From Promethearchaeota archaeon (GTDB lineage Archaea > Asgardarchaeota > Lokiarchaeia > Sigyniarchaeales > SOKP01), in NCBI GenBank assembly GCA_016839585.1, contig JAEOTZ010000042.1, positions 3,859 through 67,858 of the forward strand: DNA of 64,000 nucleotides, in the 5' to 3' direction. Within the stretch, counting starts at the first letter, position 1. Each line of letters starts with the position of its first letter. Below are positions 8,670-18,475 of this stretch, one piece after another. The notes under the pieces are model-generated. The model ran no database searches and was not told where the DNA came from. It saw only the letters and a list, made by a program, of their open reading frames with translations. The position numbers and the translations under genes are program-made.

Positions 8670-9563
8670 TTATTTTAGCTTCAAATTTTGTTTTAATTCT
8701 TCTGCTCTTTTCAGATCGTTCTCTGTAATTTGTAAATATTCCATAAGCCTTTTCTTAAAGATTTTCCTGAGGGGAGCTCCAAAATAATACGAGTTCCCTT
8801 TTAAGATATTATATTTTGTTGCTCCTGTCATTGGTAACAACCAAGAATTATTTCCGGTGTCCACACCAGGAGCAAAACAATTAAATCCTGCGGCAGTTAC
8901 GTTATTTCCTATTTTCACTTTTGCGAAAGAAATATTTCCAAAAATTCCCTCAACTGCATGTGAACTGATACCTGGATTTGTCCCAATATAGCTATTTTCT
9001 CCAACTTCTACAAATCTATCCCCTGCAAGTTGTTCCTCAATGACAGATCCTTTCCCTATTTTATTAGTCCCTACAAAGTTATACATCCATTTTAACAACC
9101 AGGGAAATGGACCTCGAGAAAAAGCATTTTTGGGATATTTAATAATAAAACTTTTGAAATGGTACAAATCTAAAGTCTTACTAGGTATATTTCGAGGGAT
9201 AATGCCTGATTTGGAAGGAGATTTTTTTTCCGAGTAGTTCCAAAACCAGCGAGTTACTAGAGCTACAATAAACAAATGTATTAAATAGCATATTATAATA
9301 ACAAATGGTATAGTTATGGAGGCAATGAGAGAAGGTAAATTAGTAAAAATAAACATAAAATTTTTTATTTCCAAAAAATAAGGTAAATAAAAAAGCATCA
9401 TGTACGTCATAAAAATTATACTTGGGATTAAAAAAGAGCAAAAATAGATGACATAGAACAGTGGTAACCATAAACGTAAATTTAAACTAATTTCTTCTTT
9501 AATAATCGTATTTCCTGAATTTTCTTTCTGATCTGAACTTTTTGACTCCAACTTTTTTCCCAA
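8670..9563 (-). CDS. Membrane-anchored left-handed beta-helix (hexapeptide-repeat) protein, paralogue 3 (most divergent)
   Basis: 297 aa with a TTG start inferred. It has a TM hairpin, PFPW, GKGSVIEEQLAG..VEVGENSYIGTNPGISSHAVEG..VKIGNNVTAAGFNCFAPGVDTG and Y.GAPLRKIF. Confidence 0.55.
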   Translation of the reverse strand: MGKKLESKSSDQKENSGNTIIKEEISLNLRLWLPLFYVIYFCSFLIPSIIFMTYMMLFYLPYFLEIKNFMFIFTNLPSLIASITIPFVIIICYLIHLFIVALVTRWFWNYSEKKSPSKSGIIPRNIPSKTLDLYHFKSFIIKYPKNAFSRGPFPWLLKWMYNFVGTNKIGKGSVIEEQLAGDRFVEVGENSYIGTNPGISSHAVEGIFGNISFAKVKIGNNVTAAGFNCFAPGVDTGNNSWLLPMTGATKYNILKGNSYYFGAPLRKIFKKRLMEYLQITENDLKRAEELKQNLKLK

Positions 9564-9684
9564 ATAAGTTATATATTTCCTTTTTTAACGCTTTTTTTGT
9601 ATATTTCTTGATTATATACTTTTGAACATTTAAAAATTTTCAGATTCAAAATCATAGGATAAGTGGAAAAAAATATAAAGAAAA

Positions 9685-10521
9685 TTATTTTTTCTTTTTA
9701 GGGAACCAAGGAATAAAAGTGCTGGTTCTTCTTTTATATTCTGCGAATTCATCGTCTCCTTCATGGATTTTGTTTAATAGTCGCACTCCTGATACATTTA
9801 TTATTTGGAACGTGATATAGGCAGGAGCAAAAAAAGTAATAAAGCCCCAGGGTACTCCTAGAGCAATGATAAAAATTCCCCACCACATTGTTGTTTCCCC
9901 GAAGTAATTAGGATGTTGTGTATATTTCCATAAACCTTCATCCATTACTTTTTTCGTTCTGTTAGGATTATTTAAGAATTTATAGAGTTGGTAATCTCCA
10001 ATCGTTTCAAAGTAAAAACCAATAATCCATATTAAAGTACCAATCCATAGTGTTAATCCTGTGAAATCTAATAAATTTTCAACTTGAGGACTTTCAATGA
10101 TATTAATCCATAATACTGAAAAAACAACAATGAAAACGACTAATCCCTGGAATAAATATATCTTAGTTAAACTCTTTAGAGCTACATTTTTACCACTTTC
10201 TTTCCATCGTTTTCTCATTGCGGCATAACGGCGATCTTCTGGTTTTCCTCGATTTCTAATATATACATAAGTACTTAGCCTTATCGCCCATAATAAAACT
10301 AATATTGTTACAATTAACTGGCGAATTAAAAAAGTCTCATTTAATACAAAATAGAAGTACAAGCTTGTAAAGGCAACCACAAAATACGCAGGTCCATAAA
10401 AAATGTCCATTATTGCGTTATTTTTTTTTATTGTACCAACAAGAAAAGCTATTAGAATGTAAATAAAAAGCGCTAACGCCGCATAGCCAACTATTAACAA
10501 CGAATTATTAATAAAAATCAT
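9685..10521 (-). CDS. DUF1295 / steroid 5-alpha-reductase-like polytopic membrane protein
   Basis: 278 aa with multiple TM helices. The motif LWKYTQHPNYFGETTMWWGIFI matches the conserved ...RHPNYFGE..WWG signature of this family. Confidence 0.65.
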   Translation of the reverse strand: MIFINNSLLIVGYAALALFIYILIAFLVGTIKKNNAIMDIFYGPAYFVVAFTSLYFYFVLNETFLIRQLIVTILVLLWAIRLSTYVYIRNRGKPEDRRYAAMRKRWKESGKNVALKSLTKIYLFQGLVVFIVVFSVLWINIIESPQVENLLDFTGLTLWIGTLIWIIGFYFETIGDYQLYKFLNNPNRTKKVMDEGLWKYTQHPNYFGETTMWWGIFIIALGVPWGFITFFAPAYITFQIINVSGVRLLNKIHEGDDEFAEYKRRTSTFIPWFPKKKK

Positions 10522-10976
10522 ATTTATTTCTCTCTAAACTAAAATTTATGTTTTAATTTTATTATAATAATTGATAAACGATTTTCCTCCATTTAAATTT
10601 TTTATTTATTTTTTATTAATTGCATTTGCCACTAATTCCAGCATTTAAAAATTAGTAAACATCTAATCAGTTTTTTCTTTAAATGTATTGAAAATATGTA
10701 TAAAATGTGTCTTAACGACAATATTTCGACAAAAAATAAAGAAACACTTATTCCAAATAAACGTTAAAAATTTATTTTAAAATTAACGTTAATATCATAG
10801 ATTCTAAAAAACATTTAATTAAAGAATTAAAAGAGGTTAATCAATCGATTAATAAAATTCAAACATTAATTTTATATTGTATAATATCATTAAGTAATAG
10901 GTAGGTTAAGGCAATTTAAATTATATTTTAATATATTAAGCCGACAAAATCTAAATTATAAATATTCTCATAATAA

Positions 10977-10982
10977 AGGAGG
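10977..10982 (+). promoter_or_regulatory. Shine-Dalgarno-like site (AGGAGG) for nrdJ
   Basis: AGGAGG lies 6 nt upstream of the ATG at 10989. Confidence 0.5.
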
Positions 10983-10988
10983 AAAATA

Positions 10989-13223
10989 ATGACCAATAAC
11001 TCATTCTCGTTAACAGATCTGTACCCAAAATATGTAATCAATTCAAAAGGCGAAAAGAAAAAATTCGATGAGAACAATATTGCTAAAGTGCTAAACAAAG
11101 AGACAGGCTTGGATATGCACATTGCTGAAAAAGTTGCTGAAGATGTAATAAGAAAAATAATAGGTCTTGGAATAGAGGAGATTACGACTAATTATATTAG
11201 AGAACTAGTTTGTGTGGAATTAACTCAACGCGGCTTGAATAAATATAGAAATCTGTTCGCTCGAGCTATAAATTTGGAGAATATCAGCTTTAAATTAGAT
11301 GAGACTTTTATTGAAAATTATATAGGAAAGCAGCCATCTTTCGGTCCATTAGGTTATATTACATATAAAAGAACATATGCCAGAATAATTGAAAGTGAAA
11401 ACAGAAAAGAAGAATTCTGGGAAACCATTAGAAGAGTGGTTGAGGGTTGTTATTCAATCCAAAAAGAACATTGTATTAAACTTAGTTTACCATGGAGCGA
11501 TGCAAAAGCTCAAAAATCTGCTCAAACCATGTTTAAAAAGATATGGGATTTCAAATTTTTGCCTCCTGGAAGAGGTTTATGGATGATGGGGACAGAATTT
11601 ATAGCACGCCATGGTTCTATGTCTTTAAATAACTGTGGATTCGCCTCTACAGAAGATATTGATCTAAAATATTCAAAAGCCTTTGAATTTGTAATGGATG
11701 CTTTAATGTTGGGGGTTGGAGTAGGTTTTGATACAAAAGGAGCAGGAAAATTTAAAATCAATAAGCCACAAGAAGGTAATTTTGACTATCAAATTCCTGA
11801 TAGTAGAGAGGGTTGGGTTGAGGCTTTAAAATTAATACTTGAAGCTTATTTCTTAGGGAAGCAAGTTCCAACTTATAATTTTAGCCTCATTAGACCGGCA
11901 GGAGAACCAATAAGAGGCTTTGGAGGGATCGCCTCCGGACCAGGTCCTTTAAAAGAAATGCTCGAAGATATTCAAAACATATTGGAAGCCCGAGTTGGGC
12001 AACCGATTACCTCTGTTGATATTGTTGATATAATGAATTACATTGGTAAATGTGTGGTAGCTGGTAACGTTAGAAGGAGCGCAGAAATTGCTTTAGGAGA
12101 TCCAGCTGATTTAAGTTTTGTGACATGTAAACAAGATCAAGAAAAATTATATTCTCATAGATGGGCTAGTAACAATAGTGTTTTTGCTGTAAAGGGCTTG
12201 GATTATTCTTTTATCGCAAATCAAATAGCAGTTAATGGAGAGCCTGGAATTTTTTGGCTAGAAAATGCTAAGACTTATTCAAGAATGGGAGATAAACCAG
12301 ATTTTAAAGATAAGAAAGCTGCAGGAGTAAATCCATGTGGAGAGCAAACTTTAGAATCATTTGAGCTCTGCTGTCTTGTAGAAACTTTTCCATCTAGACA
12401 TGAATCTTATAAGGAATTTCAAGAGACTTTGAAATATGCTTATCTCTATGCCAAATCTGTTACGCTTGTAAATACGCATTGGCAAGAAACTAATGCTGTT
12501 ATGCTTAAAAATCGGAGGATGGGAATTTCCCAAACAGGGATAATAGAAGCTTTTGTGAAATATGGGAGAAGATCTATATTAGAATGGTGTGATAAAGGAT
12601 ATAAATATTTACAGGAACTAGACGAACAATACTCTGGTTGGCTTTGTATACCGAAAAGTATAAAACTCACAACTGTAAAGCCAAGTGGGACCGTAAGTTT
12701 GCTCCCAGGAGTACCACCTGGTATTCATTATCCTCATTCTGAATATTATATTAGAAGGATACGCATTTCAAAGAATTCTGACTTAATTAAACCACTTAAG
12801 AATGCGGGTTATTATATTGAAGAAGATTCATATTCACCAAATACAGTTGTTGTTGAATTCCCTGTCCATGAGAAATACTTCGATCGTTCAAAAAACGATG
12901 TATCTATCTGGGAACAAGCAGAGAATGCTGCTGCATATCAAAAGTATTGGTCTGATAATCAAGTATCAATAACAATTACATTTAAAGAAGAAGAGGCAGA
13001 TCAAATTAAATATGTTCTTGAATGTTACGAAGATAAATTAAAAAGTGCTAGTTTTTTACCAATCAAGGAACATGGGTATAAGCAAGCTCCATATGAAGAA
13101 ATAACAAAAGAAAAATATGAGGATATAATATCAAAAATAAAACCTTTAGATTTAGATACTACTAAAGATCGAGCAATTGGAGAACGGTTTTGTGATACTG
13201 AAGCTTGTGAAGTTCGATTCTAG
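10989..13223 (+). CDS. nrdJ: Adenosylcobalamin-dependent (class II) ribonucleotide reductase with N-terminal ATP-cone
   Basis: 744 aa. The N-terminus is ATP-cone-like (VINSKGEKKKFDENNIAKVL...). The active-site region NPCGEQTLESFELCCL and overall collinearity fit class II RNR. Confidence 0.85.
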   Translation: MTNNSFSLTDLYPKYVINSKGEKKKFDENNIAKVLNKETGLDMHIAEKVAEDVIRKIIGLGIEEITTNYIRELVCVELTQRGLNKYRNLFARAINLENISFKLDETFIENYIGKQPSFGPLGYITYKRTYARIIESENRKEEFWETIRRVVEGCYSIQKEHCIKLSLPWSDAKAQKSAQTMFKKIWDFKFLPPGRGLWMMGTEFIARHGSMSLNNCGFASTEDIDLKYSKAFEFVMDALMLGVGVGFDTKGAGKFKINKPQEGNFDYQIPDSREGWVEALKLILEAYFLGKQVPTYNFSLIRPAGEPIRGFGGIASGPGPLKEMLEDIQNILEARVGQPITSVDIVDIMNYIGKCVVAGNVRRSAEIALGDPADLSFVTCKQDQEKLYSHRWASNNSVFAVKGLDYSFIANQIAVNGEPGIFWLENAKTYSRMGDKPDFKDKKAAGVNPCGEQTLESFELCCLVETFPSRHESYKEFQETLKYAYLYAKSVTLVNTHWQETNAVMLKNRRMGISQTGIIEAFVKYGRRSILEWCDKGYKYLQELDEQYSGWLCIPKSIKLTTVKPSGTVSLLPGVPPGIHYPHSEYYIRRIRISKNSDLIKPLKNAGYYIEEDSYSPNTVVVEFPVHEKYFDRSKNDVSIWEQAENAAAYQKYWSDNQVSITITFKEEEADQIKYVLECYEDKLKSASFLPIKEHGYKQAPYEEITKEKYEDIISKIKPLDLDTTKDRAIGERFCDTEACEVRF

Positions 13224-13224
13224 C

Positions 13225-14343
13225 TTAACTTTTCTCAGCTCGAGCTAATTCCGCTTTTTTATCCATTATGGCTACATAGGTATTATATGAATTTTTTGGT
13301 GGAATAGTTTCTTTCTCCTTTTTATGAAGAGATATTGCTTCCGAGGTACAAGTTGGTACACAAACGCCGCAGCCTATACACCTTGCCTTATTTATATGTG
13401 ATATATTATCTTCTAGCGTTACAGCATCCATATTGCAGCGCTCTTCACAGATGCCACAACCTGTACATAAATCTTCGTCCACTTCAGCATAATAATTAGA
13501 TGCAAATAATTGAGCAGGCTCTGACACTCTTTTTTGATTTACAAGGACTTCACAACAACAACCGCAACATGTACAAATGCTTCGCGGTCTTTGAGAGTTT
13601 GCTGGTTGAATTACTAAGCCATCTTCTTCAGCTTTTTCTAAAATCCTTAGCGCTTCTTCTTTTGAAATTTCTCTACCTAGCCCTCTTTCTATATACATCT
13701 CTGCAGCTGTCCTAAACGAAAAACACGATTCCCGAAGATTTGTTTTCTTACAAGGCTCTCCAATAAGGTCTTTACTCTTTCTACAGACACATTCAGCCAA
13801 GGATATTGGACCACCAATATTCTCAAGTATCACTCTCAAATCATCATAAGTAGAAATAGATTGCTCATATTCAATGCTTTGTTCTATTGGTATGGAACGT
13901 ATTTGTGGAATCCCTGTTTTATTAAATTCTTTATCCCAAAATGCTTCTTCGAAATATTGATATATATCTTTAACAAAATCTTCTGTCAATCGATTTAACT
14001 GATATTCAAACATACCCACTACAATTGGTGCAGAAGCATAATATTTTACTTCTACGTCACCCTCTTTTCTTTTTCCCACATTAATTGCACCTTTTTTATA
14101 CATCACATCTAATTTCTGTTCAAGTTTTTCCATTGAAATACCGCTTTTTTTCATTCTTCTATAAATTGTCTTTAGTGGTTCAGGTTGAAAATTTAAATTT
14201 ATAGCTATTCTTGCCTCTTCTGGAGTAAAAAGATGAGATAAAATTCGTAGTTCTACTCCAGATTCCGTGGCAGGATATCCAACCGGCATCTTATCGAGAT
14301 GTAGTTGCAATTCTCTATATACATCTAAACTTACTTCATTCAT
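13225..14343 (-). CDS. Fe-S cluster-binding protein (Cys-rich CCGCCC motif plus 2x[4Fe-4S] ferredoxin domain)
   Basis: 372 aa. It has ICTCCGCCCEV, then CTGCGICEERC...CIGCGVCVPTC. The physiological role is unknown. Confidence 0.55.
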   Translation of the reverse strand: MNEVSLDVYRELQLHLDKMPVGYPATESGVELRILSHLFTPEEARIAINLNFQPEPLKTIYRRMKKSGISMEKLEQKLDVMYKKGAINVGKRKEGDVEVKYYASAPIVVGMFEYQLNRLTEDFVKDIYQYFEEAFWDKEFNKTGIPQIRSIPIEQSIEYEQSISTYDDLRVILENIGGPISLAECVCRKSKDLIGEPCKKTNLRESCFSFRTAAEMYIERGLGREISKEEALRILEKAEEDGLVIQPANSQRPRSICTCCGCCCEVLVNQKRVSEPAQLFASNYYAEVDEDLCTGCGICEERCNMDAVTLEDNISHINKARCIGCGVCVPTCTSEAISLHKKEKETIPPKNSYNTYVAIMDKKAELARAEKS

Positions 14344-14596
14344 AATAAATACCTATATTTATTCCTAAAAAAAATTAATCGAAATGAATCAAAATTAGTA
14401 GGATAATATTTTATAACTAAAATCCTTATATTTTAGACGAGATAAGAAATTTATAAAATACTACTAATTTTCTTTCCTTTGGAAAGAAAGGGTTAATCAA
14501 TAAAAGATTAAAGTAAAAATTATATAGTATCCAAAAGAAAATTACATTAACAATATAATATTTTAATAATCAAAAAATTGAAAAATGTGATAATTC

Positions 14597-15481
14597 ATGG
14601 CAAAAAAAAAAGAAGAGCCTAAAGCAAAAGAAGAACCTAAACCTAAAAAAGCAAAAGAAGCCAAAGCTAAACCAGCAGAACCACCAAAACCAAAAAAAAT
14701 CGTATATAAAAAAATTAAAGTTAATTTTTGGAGGACACGCTTACATGATGAAGAATTAGGAATTCATCAACAACTTAAATATCAAGCAAAAACGCGCTAT
14801 TTCTCAAAAAATTTTGATATTGAAGGTATTATCGAATATGATAATAAGAAAAAATACATTATTGGCTTTAGCAAGGATTCTTGGGAAGAAAATCCAACTC
14901 TCGAGAAAAGACTTGTTTGCCGTCTCTTTACTATTATGGAAGAATCGATAGATGCTACACCAAAAGGAGGAAACTTTAAAGGAGGTTTAGAGCTAAGTGT
15001 TACCCACTCTTTAATACAAAGTTATGAAATTAAACACCCAGCTCCTGTCTTTTTCATGCAATTACCAGGCACTCTTACATTAGTTCGAGTAGTTAGGGGT
15101 TGGAGACTTGTTGGAACAAGATGGACCTTCCCATTAATTCCAGAAGAAGCAGGGGATAAATTACAAGTGGTAATGGCTAAGGGAATTGTAGGACCTGGGA
15201 GAAATTATTGGATATATCTAGGGGACAAAAAGATCGCAAGGATTGATGGACAAGTTGTGCAAAAGAATTTTGAAATTGAAATTTATGATGAAAAATACGC
15301 AAAAGATAAGTCATTTATAATGTATCTTACATTATTTGGCGCTATTTGCAATTTTATGAAAGGTGCTGAAAAAATGATTAAAGAATTATATAAAAAGATG
15401 AAGAAGACAGCAACTACAAATTTTAAACCACCAAAACAAGAAATAGATCTGTTCAGGAACCCAAGAATGATGAGACGCTAG
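14597..15481 (+). CDS. Hypothetical protein with a Lys/Pro/Glu-rich N-terminal tail; C-terminus weakly scramblase/LURP1 (tubby-like)-like
   Basis: 294 aa. The N-terminus is KKKEEPKAKEEPKPKKAKEAKAKPAEPPKPKK. The C-terminal QKNFEIEIYDEKYAKDKSFIMYLTLFGAICNFM resembles the scramblase C-terminal pattern (F.I.F......K......F.ID.M). This is a weak call. Confidence 0.3.
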   Translation: MAKKKEEPKAKEEPKPKKAKEAKAKPAEPPKPKKIVYKKIKVNFWRTRLHDEELGIHQQLKYQAKTRYFSKNFDIEGIIEYDNKKKYIIGFSKDSWEENPTLEKRLVCRLFTIMEESIDATPKGGNFKGGLELSVTHSLIQSYEIKHPAPVFFMQLPGTLTLVRVVRGWRLVGTRWTFPLIPEEAGDKLQVVMAKGIVGPGRNYWIYLGDKKIARIDGQVVQKNFEIEIYDEKYAKDKSFIMYLTLFGAICNFMKGAEKMIKELYKKMKKTATTNFKPPKQEIDLFRNPRMMRR

Positions 15482-15561
15482 TTTAAAAATCTTTTAAAGC
15501 TACAATTTTAAGAAAAATAACGTAAAAAAAATGTAAAAATTAATTTTTATTTATAATTTTT

Positions 15562-16332
15562 TTATTTAAGTTTTGCTTTCCATTCTTTATATCCACGTGT
15601 TTCCTTACCCCGATAAACTGGTTTTTGTCCAATTTCTTTCTTATAAATGTCTCTTAGAGTTCTTTCATCGGCATTCTTTATAGCATCCTTTTTAATCTGG
15701 TCTTCTATTTCTATTTCTTCTTCAATTTCTTTCACATGTCTAAGAACCCAAAATACTCCATGATTCCAAATCATTAATGCAAGAAAAATAAAAAGGACTG
15801 CTAGTAAAACCATTCCTCCAAACCATAAAATCCACAGTGCCGGATAATCTTTAAAATAATCAACCATTTTTAACCACAGATCTCCTATTGAATTAAAAAA
15901 TACAGTAGGAAGGAGTCCAACGGCAAGTGAAACAAGGGTAATGTATAGACCTAATAAAGCAACACCGACAAGCATTCTAAGTCCATAATAGTCTTCCCAT
16001 TTTTTCGCTAAAAGGCGATCTTTAAACAATATTCTGCAAAATTTCACCATACCTCCACGAAATAGAATATAAAATAGAACTAGTAGAAATAAATGACCTG
16101 TAACTGCCCCTCCAATAATGGCAATTTGATATCCTAAATCAAGGTCTACGAAGAAATCCCATTTACCAGTTTTAATAACCCAATTAAGGATGAGGGCCCA
16201 AACTCCCAACACAAATATAACAGTAGCTAAAATAAATCCATAATAGATAACTTTAGCAATCCTAATATCCCATGTACTATATGCTGCGAGAGCATCTTCT
16301 ATTTCAGGAGCTGATCGTGCTTTTCTTGGCAT
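15562..16332 (-). CDS. Polytopic membrane protein, unknown function
   Basis: 256 aa with about 6 hydrophobic helices and a charged C-terminal tail. Confidence 0.45.
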   Translation of the reverse strand: MPRKARSAPEIEDALAAYSTWDIRIAKVIYYGFILATVIFVLGVWALILNWVIKTGKWDFFVDLDLGYQIAIIGGAVTGHLFLLVLFYILFRGGMVKFCRILFKDRLLAKKWEDYYGLRMLVGVALLGLYITLVSLAVGLLPTVFFNSIGDLWLKMVDYFKDYPALWILWFGGMVLLAVLFIFLALMIWNHGVFWVLRHVKEIEEEIEIEDQIKKDAIKNADERTLRDIYKKEIGQKPVYRGKETRGYKEWKAKLK

Positions 16333-16469
16333 AATTTTCTCATCTTTTAATATTATTTTTTTTTAGGTTTTCAAAATTCTATAATTTAATATTTAGTTAT
16401 ACTATTATTTATTTTTATTAGTTTATTGATATTTAGAAAAAATTTTACATTTAATACACTTTTAAAAAG

Positions 16470-16961
16470 TTAAAATTTTAATGCTGCTTGACAAAATGGG
16501 CAAGTTGGATAATCCTCATCTAATTCTTCTCCACAGAAGGAACAATAATTTTTTTCTTTCTCCTCCTCTTCCTCTTCTTTTTTCTTTTTGGGTTTCTTTT
16601 CAGCAGGTTTCTTTTTTGCCGGTTTTTTCTCAACAGGTTCAATTTTAACGACTTCTTCTTCTGGACCTTTCTCTTCCTCTACTTTTTCAAGTACTCTCTC
16701 TTTTGGGGTCATGGCTTCACGCTTCTTTTTTGGCTTTTCAAAGGGTTTATCAGAATATGTTAATTTAGAAAAGCAATCTGAGCAGAAAATTTTAGGCCTA
16801 TAAGCAAGATAAATTAGATATGCAATTCCTACAATACCAAGTGTAGCAACGGTACATATTATCCATACAGTTTTTGCCATTCTACTCAATGGTTTTCTAC
16901 TTGATTGTTCAACTTCTTTCTTACATACCTCACAATATGCATATTTAACTTTTTTTGGCAT
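16470..16961 (-). CDS. Zinc-ribbon membrane protein with a KE/KP-rich linker
   Basis: 163 aa. CxxC...CxxC pairs flank one TM helix. There is a KKPAKKKPAEKKPKKKKEEEEEE tract and a C-terminal CSFC...CPFC ribbon. Confidence 0.45.
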   Translation of the reverse strand: MPKKVKYAYCEVCKKEVEQSSRKPLSRMAKTVWIICTVATLGIVGIAYLIYLAYRPKIFCSDCFSKLTYSDKPFEKPKKKREAMTPKERVLEKVEEEKGPEEEVVKIEPVEKKPAKKKPAEKKPKKKKEEEEEEKEKNYCSFCGEELDEDYPTCPFCQAALKF

Positions 16962-17087
16962 TTTTCACCATCATTTAACATTTAAAATGTGCTTTTTTAA
17001 GATAGATTATATTAATTAAAAAAAGTTTTTAATACCTAATAATCAAGTTCTTTTAATAAATGTTATATAATTTTATATGAATTAATC

Positions 17088-18401
17088 TTGCAAGAAAACT
17101 CATTTTATATTGAAACGTATGGATGCACATCTAATAAAGCAGACTCTTATATAATTTCTAATGATCTAAAAAAATCAAATTATACACAAAAAAGCTTAGA
17201 AGATGCCCAATTTGTAATAATAAATACATGTGCCGTTAAGGAGCAGACTGAGAATAAAATTAAAGCACGTTTGAAAAATTTATATGAATTATTTTATAAG
17301 AATCCTAATAAACATATTATAATTGCTGGATGTTTACCACATATAGCCCCTCATTATATCGAAGTTATTAAGGACATAATTCCTGCTTTTTCTGCAATTA
17401 TAGATTTAGATAATATCCACGAAATTCCAAGAATATTTCAAGAAATTAAGAAAGGGAAGAAAAATTTAGTTTTTAAATCGGAACATCCAATAGATAAAGC
17501 AGAGTTTTATATTGATCATGAGCCAGGAAAAATTACAGGAATTATTCCAATTTCAGAGGGATGTTTAGGTTCATGTACTTATTGTTGTGTAAAAAATGCT
17601 AGAGGGAAGTTGAATTGCTATAACTCGAAAAAAATAGTTGAAAATATCGAGTATCAATTAAATCAGGGAATTAAACAAATATATTTGACTTCCCAAGATT
17701 GCAGTACATATAGATATAATGGCACTAATTTGTTTGAATTAGTTAGACAAATTGTTGATTTAAACTTTAAGTTTTTTCTGAGAATTGGAATGATAAATCC
17801 AAGCTTTTTAATTGATAATCTTGATCAGTTATTTTCAATTTTTAAATTAAATAAAGTATATCAATTCCTACACATTCCAATTCAATCTGGTAGTAATAAA
17901 ATTCTAAAAATGATGCAAAGAAAATATCTCATCTCTGATATTTTCGATAAAATTGGAATTTTAAGAGACACTTTTCCTAATTTAACTATATCAACTGATA
18001 TTATCTGTGGGTTTCCAGGTGAAACTGAAGATGATTTCGATAGAACGATTGATTTTATAAAATGGTTAAAACCAGAAATTTTGAATATCTCAAAATTTAC
18101 TCCTCGTCCTGGAACAAAAGCGAAAGATATGAAGCAATTAAAGAGTAAAATTATAAAAGAAAGATCTATGAGATTGACAAGAGTCTTCCGTAATAGCTTG
18201 GTTGATATGAATAAAAAATGGAAAGATTGGAAGGGAGAGGTTTTAGTTTTACATGAGGGTACAGAACGAAATCAAGCTTTTGGAAGAAATCTCGCTTACA
18301 AAAATATATTTATAAATAATTATAATAGCGATTTTGGCACATTTGCTAAAGTTAAAATAGAAAAAGTTGATGGGTTTAATCTATTTGGAAAAGTTATTTA
18401 A
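17088..18401 (+). CDS. mtaB: Radical SAM methylthiotransferase, archaeal/eukaryal MtaB (CDKAL1-like) type
   Basis: 437 aa. It has a UPF0004 N-domain (YIETYGCTSNKADS), a radical SAM CxxxCxxC (GCLGSCTYCCV) and a C-terminal TRAM-like domain. The start is TTG at 17088. Confidence 0.85.
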   Translation: MQENSFYIETYGCTSNKADSYIISNDLKKSNYTQKSLEDAQFVIINTCAVKEQTENKIKARLKNLYELFYKNPNKHIIIAGCLPHIAPHYIEVIKDIIPAFSAIIDLDNIHEIPRIFQEIKKGKKNLVFKSEHPIDKAEFYIDHEPGKITGIIPISEGCLGSCTYCCVKNARGKLNCYNSKKIVENIEYQLNQGIKQIYLTSQDCSTYRYNGTNLFELVRQIVDLNFKFFLRIGMINPSFLIDNLDQLFSIFKLNKVYQFLHIPIQSGSNKILKMMQRKYLISDIFDKIGILRDTFPNLTISTDIICGFPGETEDDFDRTIDFIKWLKPEILNISKFTPRPGTKAKDMKQLKSKIIKERSMRLTRVFRNSLVDMNKKWKDWKGEVLVLHEGTERNQAFGRNLAYKNIFINNYNSDFGTFAKVKIEKVDGFNLFGKVI

Positions 18402-18475
18402 TAAAAAAATATGGTGTTATAAGTAGATAATTATTCCTTATCACCAGTAAATATAGAATCTATTTGATAAATCTT

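Noticed and set aside
3-9563. Linking the partial ANL-type adenylating enzyme at the left edge to the TM-LbH triplet as one Pls-like synthetase system.
   Set aside because: The two are 5.4 kb apart, on opposite strands, and separated by unrelated genes (redoxins, UvdE, PNPOx-like). Nothing in the sequence supports co-regulation. I mention the link only as context in the finding.
10522-10988. Cobalamin riboswitch or another structured leader in the long region upstream of the B12-dependent RNR.
   Set aside because: The region is almost uniformly AT-rich. It has no GC-rich paired segments or B12-box-like core that I could recognise by eye. Only the AACGTTAA pair stands out, and I reported that separately at low interest.
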